From positions 1 through 64,000 of the forward strand of contig JAAOMT010000459.1 in the NCBI GenBank assembly GCA_016748015.1: a stretch of 64,000 nt of DNA. The letters run 5' to 3'. A model generated the notes under the pieces. It was not told the origin of the DNA and made no database searches. It saw nothing but the letters and a program-made list of their open reading frames with translations. Positions 1-11,888 of this stretch are shown here, piece after piece. How positions within the stretch are numbered: position 1 is the first letter of the stretch; each line of letters begins with the position of its first letter. The translations under genes were made by a program, and so were the position numbers. Origin of the DNA: Geosiphon pyriformis uo1 (Eukaryota > Fungi > Glomeromycota).

Positions 1-1608
1 AACAACATAATCAATTGCTTGTTTTATGTTTAATTTATTTCTAAAAAATAAATTAATATTAGATAAAATTATATAATATATAATGATAATAATACTGTAT
101 ATATTATATTACTTAACTGTTCAATATTAATTTTTTGTTCAAATTGATGTAAAATATGTTGACAATATAAGTGCTTATATTTGCCTTTGAAAGATTTGAT
201 AATGCCAGCATCCATTGGTTGAAGATGTGATGTAGTATTTGAAGGAAAATAGTGCAAAGTAATATTGGTTAATTGGAATGAATCTTTCCCGATTTGAGTA
301 TGATGAGAAGTTGCATTATCAACCAAAAGTAATATATGCCGATTTTGAATTCGAAACCCTTTATTTATATATTTTAGCCATGTTTTCCATATATCTGAGC
401 GCATCCATGCTTTGGAATTGAATTTGTAAATCACAGGTAGGTTGGAAGTATTAATTCCTTTAAAGCATCTTGGATTTTTTGCATGTCCAATTACTAAAGA
501 TTGGAATTTGTGAGATCCTGTTGAATTTGTAGCAAGAAGAATTGTAATCCCAAGATTTATCATATAAAAAACCCAATTAATTTAATATAACAATAATATA
601 TAACGATAACAATTGGTAAGTATAATATATATCAATTTTTTTCCTGCATTTCAACATTTTGCAATTGTTTGATTTGGTCCCATACGAAAAAATAATCCTG
701 TTTCATCAGCATTATATATGTCAGCAGGATCAAATTCGGATATAATGGTTTTTAATTTTCTTCATTCTTCTGGTAAACTTTTAGTTGATACACTTCCTGC
801 TTCATCATGAAATCGGTAAACACGTAACTGGTTTCGTTTTTTGAATTTTTGAATCCATCCATTTGAGAATTGCATTTCATTTTCATGCATACCAAGAAGT
901 TTGGCAAAATTTTTTCCTTTCTCTTTAATTAGTTGATCATTGAATTTGATAGTGGCTGCCGTTACTTGTTCTACTCAATAACTTAAAGCTTGGTCTAATA
1001 ATGAAAATTTAACGCTTTTGTGTTAAATATATCTTTCTGAGATTTCATCAATTTCAATATTCAACCACTTTGCATGCTCTTTGATTATCTTGGAGACAGT
1101 TGGACGAGAAATATGAAGTTTTGGATATTTATGATTGAAGTAAGCTACAATATCATCATGTTTCGTGCCATAGTAATTTTTGGAATATTGACAAATTTCT
1201 TTACAAAGAGCATCATTAACTGCTGCTCGTTTTTGTTTTTTGAATAAAGCCTATAATGATAATTTTAGATTTGGTTTTAGCAAGCCTGAATTGGAATACA
1301 ATAGGGGCTAAGTGGCTGTATGTGAAAACAGACAAGATCAAAAAGAGTAAATCCAATGTAAATCGAATTAAAAGTAAGTTAGGATGAAATCAATTCAATA
1401 TGTTCTAACTCTTTTCCCAATTACCAATTAATATCTAGCACGTGATATTTGTTCTTTTATAAACGTTTGATAAAATTATGTTCTTGTTCCTTTATAGATT
1501 GTTCTTATATAAAGGGAAAATTGTTAATTAATCAATTGGTTCTATAAAAAAATGTTCTTTGTAAGAGGTTGTTCTTTTATCGAGGGTTCTTTTATGGAGG
1601 TCTGACTG
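1..1608 (-). mobile_element. pogo/Tigger-family DNA transposon, left part; the other end lies outside the window
   Basis: On the minus strand the terminus reads TA|CAGTCAGACCTCCATAAAAGAAC (TA at 1609-1610), a pogo-like TIR start. Subterminal GTTCTTTTAT-like repeats lie at about 1451, 1501, 1571 and 1586. A transposase relic lies inside. Confidence 0.8.
69..1250 (-). pseudogene. pogo/CENP-B-like transposase (HTH_CENPB + DDE_1), disrupted
   Basis: Motifs FSNGWIQKFKKR, ADETGLFFRMGP, KNPRCFK, NSKAWM, LLLVDNATSH and NTTSHLQPMDAGIIKSFK. In-frame stops are present upstream. Confidence 0.85.
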
Positions 1609-1958
1609 TAGATTAAATGTAGAAAATGATATTATATATAATATGTACTTTACCGTTATGAAAAGTTAAAAAATTTTATAAATAAATCAATAATATTTTA
1701 TGAAATCATTAATCTACCCTCCTCCTTTTAATGATGAAAATATAATATAATATCAAATTAAATTGATATAAGAAATTAGATAATGATTTAATATTGATTA
1801 AAATAAATTTATTGCTTGGAAACTTTATACTCTTTAAATCAAAAAAATTTATCATATAATTTCTGAAAGATTCTTTATTGCATACATGCTCATGATTTAA
1901 TTTGTGTGACTAAAAAGAATATTTCTTTTACAGATTATGAAAGGTAAGATACGGTAGC

Positions 1959-1989
<31 letters not shown>
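1959..1989 (+). repeat. (GAT)n microsatellite
   Basis: Directly visible run. Confidence 0.95.
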
Positions 1990-2561
1990 TAAAAGATTTT
2001 TATAAATTATTGTCCATTAAAAAATTTTTGGAAAAGTATATATATGAAATTTTGAAAATTCATCCAGAAAAATTAATGGATAAATGTAATTCTTTCGGAT
2101 GATGGTCAATTAAATAGCCTCGAATGGATATATATCTAAAAATTCTTTAAAACAAACATTTGTATATATATTCTCAACCATTATTAATAGATATATATTT
2201 CACCGAAAAAAAAAGTATTAGCAAATATAAAACTGCTTTAATCCAGTGAATGACTATGAATTTTTAATAATAAAGTGAACAGTTAAGCTAGTTTTTAAGA
2301 AATCTTTTTTTACACTTTTTGATATATATAAATATATATATATATATTTTTTTTGAGGTGCCATAAGAAAATTATGCAAGAAAAGTCTGGAAGTCATTAT
2401 GAAAATATCGAAATTTAATCATTAATTTTTTATTTTTTTATTTTTATCACAAAATAAGTTTCTTTATAAAAAGTAATTCACCCTTTTTAAGTTATAAACA
2501 TTATCAAAATTATTGTTTTATTTTGAATAAATTTTTTTTTTTTTAAAAAAAAAAGAATGTT

Positions 2562-3900
2562 TTAAATCTCAATATAATTAATTATTATCCCTATTTAGGA
2601 AATTATTTAAGGCGTCTTGAGGAAGTATATGACCTTTCAAATTTTCACAATCACCCATTTTTACTCCAAAATAAGGTCCATCATGAAAAAAATCTCCTGG
2701 AACATCTTCTATTGATTGACCTGCACTGCATTCCTACAAAATTAAAATTCCATCTTTTTGAAAAAAATTTTTTTTTTTTTTTTCACAAAAAATGATTTCA
2801 CCACCACTAACCATATTCTCTTCAGTATAATCCCCATTAATCCATCTTTCTCTGTCTAAATGTTCAAGCTCATTGTTGTTACAATTCCAATATTTATGTG
2901 ACAGAGGATTCATATCCACGATGCAATCACATTCTTTCAATGGCTGAATCCATGTTTCAATACCATAATGCTTCCATACCTCTGAAGCGAGAGGAAAGTG
3001 TTGAGCAGGATCATTTCCAAAGGTGATTCGATTATGTGTGATTGATTCATTTGCAAGTTCACTAAATTTTCTGTTTCCAACCCTTGGAGCACCGAAAGTG
3101 ATAACTACTTGCCCAATTTTACTTAAATCAACCCCTTTCCAAAGGTTATTAATTTTAGCCAAATAACTTTCAAATGCCCACTTAACCCCAGCAATTGAGG
3201 CGTATGCTTTAGATTTTGAAAAGAAAATAAAAAAATTTACATTTCAGTTTTAATGTTTCTTTGATTGATTGATTTATTAATTTATTCAATTTAATCAGAC
3301 ATTAATTCAAATTTAAACAACAAAACAAATAAACAAACAAACAAAAAACTAACCTCCACCGAGACCATGACCAACAAATACCAGATCACGCACAATTATT
3401 TTGGTTTGTCTCAAATAATTCAAAATTTCTTTCTTTAGAGCTGGGAACATCAAATTCAAATCTTTCATCAATTTTTCATTAACACGGACTCCTTTAAACC
3501 TTTCAAAACCTTTAATTTCGAATGGGATTTGTACTGTGCTGCTGGAAGCCCATTGATCTTTTGTTAATTTCTAGAAAAATCATATTAATATATATATATA
3601 TGTATGAATGTATGTATGTATGTATGCATGTATGTATGCATGTATTGAAAAAGTTCATTTTTCATATCTCATAAAAGAAAAAGAAAAATGTGAAACAATC
3701 TACTTTGCTTGCGAAAAATATAATCATGGATTTATATTCCAACGACTCAATATATATTTGTAAACCGGCTAAAAAATGAAATTTAAAAGTTATTTTAAGA
3801 AATTTTTTTTTTTTTAATAAACATATATAAAATTTTGACAGATCGGAAAATCTAAATTACAATAACCTTTTGACTTGTGTGTGTTGCTACTTAAACCCAT
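2562..3900 (-). CDS. class-3 lipase-like protein, multi-exon, with the catalytic Ser replaced; 5' end uncertain
   Basis: GT-AG spliced exons give ...VFVGHGLGG|AYASIAG...VITFGAPRVGN...RITFGNDPAQHFP...WKHYGIETWI...|ECSAGQS...FHDGPYFG...stop at 2562-2564. The ATG at 3900 is tentative. Confidence 0.75.
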
Positions 3901-3997
3901 TGGGAGTTTAGTATACGATCATAATTCTATACTCTTTAGGCTCACATTTTTTAATGATTATTGTCAAAAGGTAAATTCATAACCAATAATTGTTTTC

Positions 3998-4063
<66 letters not shown>
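3998..4063 (+). repeat. (AAT)n microsatellite
   Basis: Visible run; it explains the poly-Ile ORF at 3990-4178. Confidence 0.95.
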
Positions 4064-4064
<1 letters not shown>

Positions 4065-5099
4065 GTAACATTATTATTGCTTTTGTTGTTGTCAAAATTG
4101 AATTATTCTGCTAAAATGAATAAATCATCTTATAAATCTTGTATTCATATATCCTTTATAGCAGCTTTGGGCGTTTGAAGAGTAAAATCGTTAAACCGTT
4201 AAACTTTTAACCAATCTAAATCTAGATGCTGTAAACTTTGGTATCATAACTTATTTTTCGAAAATTTATACTCATAACCCTCCTATAGAAAATGGTTGAA
4301 ATGTGAAATATTTTCAAGTAATCATACCCCTCGTTAAATTGGTCAACTTCAGATATGAAATTGGTGGTGGTAATTTACATTAATTAATGGTCAAAATAAA
4401 TATTAATTCATTTACTTTTAAAATTTATGCATTCCGAGCTGTGTGTTGGCTTGCAGTTCTAATGCTCCTCGATTTGGAAATCTAACTTTTACTAAATTAG
4501 TCAAGAAAATTTTTTCCTTTGAAATAATACTTCTGCATAATGTTGGAGAATGTTTGCAGCAAAAAAATAGATGAATCCAAATGCAGCCATACGATCAAGT
4601 ATATGTGTATTGGGAAGAAATAACGGTGAGATAGATGAAAATCAACTTTGAACTCTCTGTTACGCTTTACATATTAGCTTAAATTTGAAATTCCCCTCTT
4701 TTACAATGAGTTACTTTCGTGCTTTTTTTTGTTTCATATATTTTATCATTTTTTTATTATTCTTTTAGGAATGTAATCGATTCTGAGAATGACTTTTATG
4801 CACGCTATACTCAAGAATTCCATTAAAAATTTCCTAAAGTGAAAATGTTTTTTTTATTACCTATCCACACTACCTGCATTCGCTTGCAGTGCGGTGCAGC
4901 GCAGTGAAATGCAGTCTAGCCGAAATTTTTTTTTTTTTTTTTTACAAACAAGAACACTAGATAAAATTCTGGTAGCCCGTTCCAAAATAGGAACCGATTC
5001 ACAATGCCCTGCATCCTTTCCCTTAAAAATCTATGATAGCTTCTTTTTTTTATTTTTCTGGTATTAAGAATGGATTATGAAATCTAACTATTCTCAAAA

Positions 5100-7400
5100 G
5101 AGCGTAAAAAATAATCTCATATTAATAAAATAATTTTTTACTTTTAAATATTAATAAAATAATTTTAATAATTGAATTTTAAAGCCAAAATTTTTTTTAA
5201 TTTTTTTGATTAAAAAATATTTATATTTATATGAAATTTTTTTATTTCCAACAGAATATTTGGCAAAAAAAATAATAACTCGTGATTTATGATAAAAAAA
5301 AATTTTTTCAATTCATTTTTAAAAAAGAAATTATATATATATATATGTTTGAAAAATAACTTAATATAATAGTCAAATTTTTTTTAATTTTAATTATTAA
5401 ATGTAGATAATAAATTGTACTTGTTTTTTTTTATTGATAATAAACTATACATTATTAGAATTAATAATAATAATATTAATAATATTAATAAAGTTTATTA
5501 ATTATGTAGTATATTTTAATTTGTAAAATTATCAATAAATAATATTTATAATTAAATTTTAAATATAAAATTGATTTTTATTATTATTTATATTTATATT
5601 GTATTATTTTTATTTATTTGCATTAAAACAAAAACATTATTTTTTTTTGTATTTCATTATCCAATAAATAATTAATATGAAAAGTCAAACTTCAAAAAAA
5701 AAAGATTTTTGAAAATAATGCTTTTTTAAACTATTTTATTAAGTTTAATTTACAAAAATATTATTAATAATTTTATTGGAAAGTAAAAATTGTTTTATCT
5801 TAATTTTAAGTTTAATATAAAGAGTCTTTTGGTTTCTGATTTGTTTTTTGTAGCTAGGAAATCTGCTTAGACTGTTCGTGCGGGTTCTTCTGTTTTGTCT
5901 GTTTGATGAGTTCGGGTGGCTGGTCACATATAGCAAGTGCGTGAGCTGCGCCAAGTTTAGAGTTTTCCTTGATTCGTTATCGCATAATAAAATATATATA
6001 TGTAAATTTTCAATTGACAGATTATAAGTAAATAAATAAAATTATTTAATATATGTATTTTAAAAATAGGGTATTTCATGCTTTTATTATAATTTTTTTC
6101 AACTCTTTACAATTTTCTAAATTTGGTTTATTACATAAACAAATAAACAAATAAACAAATAAAAAAAGCTTATTTTTTTTATTATTAAATTTTATTGCAA
6201 AATAATTTTTTGTTCTTAAAATTATTCTCATGTTAAAATTTATTCTTGTTTATTTATAAATTTCAAAATAATTATTATTATTGAGATACTTAATATATAT
6301 TTGTGTAATTGTTTTTTTTTTTTTTTAAACAAAATAAATCTATTTTAACTGTTTTTTTTTTTATATTAAAATTTCACAGTATTTTTAAAAAACTAAAATA
6401 ATATTTTATTAATAATAAAGTATTATTTTAATTTTGTATTTTCAATTTATTTGGCTTTATTTCAAATTTTCTATTAACATAAAAATGTTTTTTAAAAGCT
6501 TTTGAAAAATTTTTTGAACATAAAATTGGTGTGTTTTTTTTTAGTTTTTTGTTTTTAAAATACACAAAAAAATTATTTTGAAATCTTTTTATAATCAATT
6601 TAATCATATTAATTGTAATTTTTTTTTGGTCAATCAGTTTTTATTTAATTTTTTGTATATTATATATTTAATAATAAATATTTAATATATCAATTTTATC
6701 TTAATTTAAAAAAGATATTCTTATATGACTTTTGATAATTTTTTGCCAATATTTTTAAAACAGGCTGTATTAATTATTAAAAAAATAAATTTTATTTTAT
6801 TTTATTTAATTTTATTTTATTTAATATTTATAAAAACGAATTGAAACTTTATAATTTTTTTAATTTTGCAAAGTAGGCAAAAAATTTCAATATTAATATT
6901 ATTTTAAACTAAATTACAAAAATATTATATATTTATAAGTCAAAATGAATTTATTATTTGAAATTCTATAAATAAGTAAATATTTAAAATTGAATTAAAG
7001 TATTAAATTGAAAGAATTAATCAGGTTATAAAAGTTTATAAATAATTTATTTATTTATTTAATTATATATTTTAAAAATTGGTACTGTAATTGATTGGAA
7101 TTCCTAAAAGTAAAAAATTGCAATTTTTAAATTAATAAAATGAAAATTAAACCGTCAATTCACACAATGTAAAATAATTATTAATTGAATTATTCTTTTA
7201 AAATTTTCTAAATTAATTATTCAACTTATTTCATTATTAAATTTTGATTTTAATAAAATACTTTTCAAAAGCTGTTTTTTTTTAATGTCTTATTTCAATT
7301 TTCAAAGTTTTAATTAGAATAAATTCCAATACAGAGGAATCAATAAACTTTTAAATCATAAAACCTTTTTGAGCCTCAATAAATAATCAAAAATAAAATT
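5100..7400. other. ultra AT-rich block containing a small GC-richer island at about 5825-5990
   Basis: Base composition by eye; boundaries approximate. Confidence 0.8.
5825..5995 (+). mobile_element. relic 3' end of a diverged LINE (dyad motif, then TTTAGA...AATAAA)
   Basis: GGGTGGCTGGTCACATATAGCAAGTGCGTGAGCTGCGCCAAGTTTAGA aligns without gaps to the LINE 3' UTR at 35850-35900 (reverse complement). Confidence 0.6.
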
Positions 7401-7577
7401 GCATGCATTATTTTCATGTAAATTTTTAATGGCTCACAGCTTTCACCATTGAAATATTTTTGAGCTTTGGACAAAATTCGAGCATCTTCCAAGTGACTAT
7501 TTTCACTTTCTCACACACAAAATTTTTGTAGCCTGAAATAAAAAGCTACCGATCTTATTTAGAAGTCACCTACTGAT

Positions 7578-7580
<3 letters not shown>

Positions 7581-7617
<37 letters not shown>
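7581..7617 (+). repeat. (CT)n microsatellite
   Basis: Visible run. Confidence 0.95.
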
Positions 7618-7618
<1 letters not shown>

Positions 7619-8208
7619 AAAGTTTAACTTGACAGTTAGGCTTTTCTTTGAAGTTTCTCTATCTATTAGAATGCAGGTTTAATCTAAACTTGTGATCCTG
7701 AGCTTTGATCGAAAAATAATTTAAAGCCCCCAATAATTGTTTATGCGAGCGCCAATTATTGGCACAATCCAAATAAGTCGTTGATTAAAAGAGTTTTTCA
7801 AAAAAAAAAAATAATCGTTTTTTTTTCCTGAACAATGCTAAACCCCTATTAATTTATTATTAATCTCACGAGATATCCAAATTTGGATTGAGAATATTTT
7901 TAGAAAAGGATATTTTAAAGTCAGTAAATAAAAAACTTTATTTTAAATTGCAATACCCATTTTTCGAACTTGATCTTGATAACTATCTCGGAATTGTGAA
8001 AAAAAATTAAAAAAAATTAAAAAAAGGGCTTGGAATTATTTTAATTTCCCATCTATATATCTCATTTTTATTAAAATCATAGATATTTTCCTTCAACAGC
8101 TCTAACTTAAAACTTGAAAATTAATAGCGCTTACAGGTATAGTAATAAATGAAAATTGACCATCTGATTTTCACACTATTTTTAAAATATGAGAGAATCG
8201 TGTGATTG

Positions 8209-8212
<4 letters not shown>

Positions 8213-8259
<47 letters not shown>
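8213..8259 (+). repeat. (AC)n microsatellite
   Basis: Visible run with one interruption. Confidence 0.95.
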
Positions 8260-8260
<1 letters not shown>

Positions 8261-8596
8261 AATTTAACAGCCAATTATTGTTACAATTAAAGGATTCACA
8301 GACTCGTGCTACAAAGACAAATGAAAACTGAAATTGTGTAATGCAGCACAAAAAACACATCAAACGACACACATATGTAGACTTGGATTACCAAGGAAAT
8401 TATTGAAAGGCATACAAAATTGTAACGCTATTATCTTTTATAGGTATTCGCGTTTCCCTCATTTTAACCTTTTTCAGTTATCAAATTTTGCTTATCTTAT
8501 TATAAATATATATATTCCCAGACCAATAATATTCTAATATTCCCCCACTTTTTAAAATAACTGTCACATAGCCATAGCCGCGTGTCTTTCCTTCTA

Positions 8597-8631
<35 letters not shown>

Positions 8632-9540
8632 TTAACCAATGCCTGCATTATCTTCACTTTTAGAAGAAAGTCTCCCTCACAGGATTATTCAAGTTGGATT
8701 AGCCCGGTTTCGATGCAGGAGTTAGTGTGCGTTTCTTCGGTTACAGTTCTTTAAGTACTCGATATCATCGCACAACTGCATCATCATCAAATCATCATCT
8801 TCAACTTGGTTGTTCATCACGCTTCGTCTTCTATTTAGAGGTGTTTCAGTAACACCTCTTCTTCCCTCTTCCTTTCCCAATAATAATATTTTCAAATAAT
8901 TTTTAATATACTTCCCATTTATTATTATTATTATTATTAATTATTCTCTTTACTACTACTACTATTATTATTATTTTTATTATTTTTATTATTATTTTTA
9001 TTAGTATTCGTATGATACTTTTGTGTGTGTGTGTGTGTGTATCTATTTGTTCTTCGAACAGTTACTCGAAAAGTGAACGAAATTATTAGCAATAATCTAG
9101 GCTCATATAGTTCAATTATCTCCTTTGTTATTTCCTCTTTACACCACCACTAAACAATTTTTTCTTTTTTCGCTTCCGCTTATTTTCTTGCTACCACTTT
9201 CTTTTCTCCCAGTGATCAACTGACCCAAAGCAACTAAACCCACAACCGGCTGACATACTCAACCTTTTACCTGAAACGACGAAATATGTTTACTGTTTCT
9301 CCTAAAACCGGCACCTGCAAAATATAAAAAAAGTGTGTTACTAAATACATTACTACACCTACTTTGAATAGTTAATTATTATTATTATTATTTTTTTTTT
9401 AAAAAAGTTGTTTTCGTTGATCATTATTTTTCTTTTGCGGCCGAACCTGAAAGAACGAACCAATACGAGTAACTTCCTCTTCACAACCCTCTCGCTCGAA
9501 AGTGGAACAGCTCCCCTCTTTTCCTTCTGATTTAGTCGTA

Positions 9541-9566
9541 GTGTGTGTGTGTGTGTGTGTGTGTGT
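9541..9566 (+). repeat. (GT)n microsatellite; a second run lies at about 9023-9040
   Basis: Visible run; source of several spurious ORFs. Confidence 0.95.
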
Positions 9567-10011
9567 ATATCTTGTGTTGCTTCTTTTTTTTTTAAAAATA
9601 AAACACAAAAACTTGTTCAAAAAGTGGTTGACCAATATAAACGAGTATTTGACCACCAGCCACATAACTTCAAATATCATATTCTTTTTCCGTTTCCTTT
9701 CTTTTATACACCACTGAGCTCTTTAATAGTTCTTTCTTTTCTACTTTTATTGGTTTATTCTCTCTTTTTTTCTCAATCTCTCCCTGGCTTTGGTTCTCCA
9801 AATAAGAAGAAAAGAGGCGCAACAATTCACACGTTCTTATTGTTTTGCGAGTCGACAAGAAGTTACCTTTTAAGGTTGGTGACCTGAACTCGTGGCGAAC
9901 CACCCGTTTAATTCTTATTTTTTATTTATTTTTTTTGAAAGGTAGCAATAGCTAAGGTATCCTTTGTCATCTTTAATCATTATTTTTAGTTAGAAAACCT
10001 GGAACATTACA

Positions 10012-10679
10012 ATGGGTGCACAACTCACAAAAGAACAAGCATCACTGCCCTTTGGTTATGTTTCTATAAAATCTGTAAGACGAAGTAGAATAACAGGACT
10101 AAAGCCGTCTTCAACAATAAGACCAAACGGTCACCTCTCTTCAGACACACCAGAGACTTTACTTAACGACTTTTTCGAACTTAATAGTCATTTGCAAAAT
10201 TCGTCATCTCACCTTACATCAATAATTTCGCATAACGTTGGGGAGACTGGCTCGATAAACACCACTGCAACAGATGTTATTGTACCCGAAGTTACAGTCG
10301 TGGATACTGACAAGTCCCCTGAAGAACAAGAAGACAACGAAATATACACCCCCCATATATCTCATGCTGAGGGAGATGGTCGTGTGTGCTGTCACATTGC
10401 TTCAAGTGTATTTGATGACGATCATCATCCACATCACCGCGAGACTTTGACCGGTTTAAGTGCTATACAGTTTAGTGAACTGCCAAGTTTGACGAATATT
10501 GGCTTGTGTCAACTTGGATTGGTCAAATTAAGTCCTAATATTTGCTTTCTGCTCTCTACTACATCTTTGCAAATGTAAGTATTTTTCTTTTCGATTTCCG
10601 ATTGCTTCTATTTCAATTATAAAATGGAATAAAGGAGATGTCAAAGTGGTACATTCGGATTTTTCTAGTTTAGATTTTT

Positions 10680-10710
<31 letters not shown>

Positions 10711-11888
10711 TCTCGCGTTATTTCTATCTTTGAAATGACCAGTTCTCACCATTTCAACAGTGTTTAGATTAACGAAAGGGTCTGAATTTACGTACTAATC
10801 TAATTATCTCATTAATCTTTAGATGCTGTAATGAACTGACAAATATACCACCAGAGATTGGTCACATGAAGAACCTCACAGCCCTTGACGTGTCCGAGAA
10901 TCGTCTCCAAACCATTCCGGATACAATAGGATTTTTGCACAAACTTGTGGAGCTCAAATTGTCCAAAAATCAATTGATTTCTATACCATCGTCGATTGGA
11001 TCAATGAAGAAACTTGGCACCCTTTACCTTGACCATAATAGAATTACCGAGTTGCCATCCGAGATTGGCCAAATCAAAGATCTTGTTAATTTGGATGTGT
11101 CTCATAATCCACTTACTGTTTTGCCGGCCGAAATTGGTCGGCTTCAATACCTTCGCAAGCTTCGCATCGATGACTGTCCGTTGCAACCAGGATTTGTGCA
11201 CGAACTTGCTCATTCACCACCTTCATTAATGGAACTTGCCGCTCGTACCATTGTTCGTCAACAAATTCCAATTCTCCAAGATACCACCCAAGATATTAAG
11301 AATTATCTTGCTAGTGCCAAAAAATGTAGTTTTTGTGCTGGACCTTACTTTGAGAACTTTGTCAAACGAGGCAAAATCATTGAAAAAAATGATCATCCAA
11401 TTCCTTTGGAGTATCGTTTATGTTGTCCTCATTGGAACACTGAACAAGAACGTGTCAGCCTATTGTTTTGTGCCTTGCCCGATACCGCGCCCAGTGCACA
11501 ACCTTACAAACATCCACGTCATACATCTCCGTCTAATGTTTCATCAAAATCATCACATAGAGCTAAGGCACTTGATATTAATGATACATCATCTGATCCT
11601 CATTCCAAGATGCAAAGACGTGCGTCTACACGCTCAGTTACCATTCCCATCAGCTCACTTACAAAGTCACCTTCACTACCAAATCTTCCATTGATGACGT
11701 CTCCGCAACGGACAAGTGATCGACCACAACAAGAAGAGAAAGCCCCAAACAAGAAAAACAGTACATCAAAAAGAGGTAGTTTGTCATTATGGCCTTCAAG
11801 AAAAAATAGCGCTGCTTCAGGTATTCTTGCAAAACCATCAAGAAATAGCTCAACTGTATCCAGAGTGAGTTCAAGATGGCGTGTATGA
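10012..11888 (+). CDS. leucine-rich repeat protein with BC-box and C-terminal Cys motif (LRRC58-like); exons 10012-10574 and 10823-11888
   Basis: Intron GTAAGT at 10575, branch TACTAAT near 10793, TAG ending 10822. Splicing joins the ORFs in frame (TTSLQI-CCNELTNIPPEIGHM). Canonical LxxLxLxxNxL repeats are followed by PPSLMELAARTIVR and CSFC...LEYRLCCPHW. N-terminus MGAQLT. Confidence 0.9.

Noticed and set aside
3990-4178. Poly-Ile ORF
   Set aside because: It is a translation of the (AAT)n microsatellite.
4874-4920. GC-rich hairpin followed by CTAG, a possible Helitron 3' end
   Set aside because: CTAG is followed by C rather than T, the spacing is atypical, and no Rep/helicase relic is nearby.
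8121-9903. Several short ORFs with CVCVCV or THTHTH runs
   Set aside because: They derive from (GT)/(AC) microsatellites in the upstream region of the LRR gene and show no domain signal.
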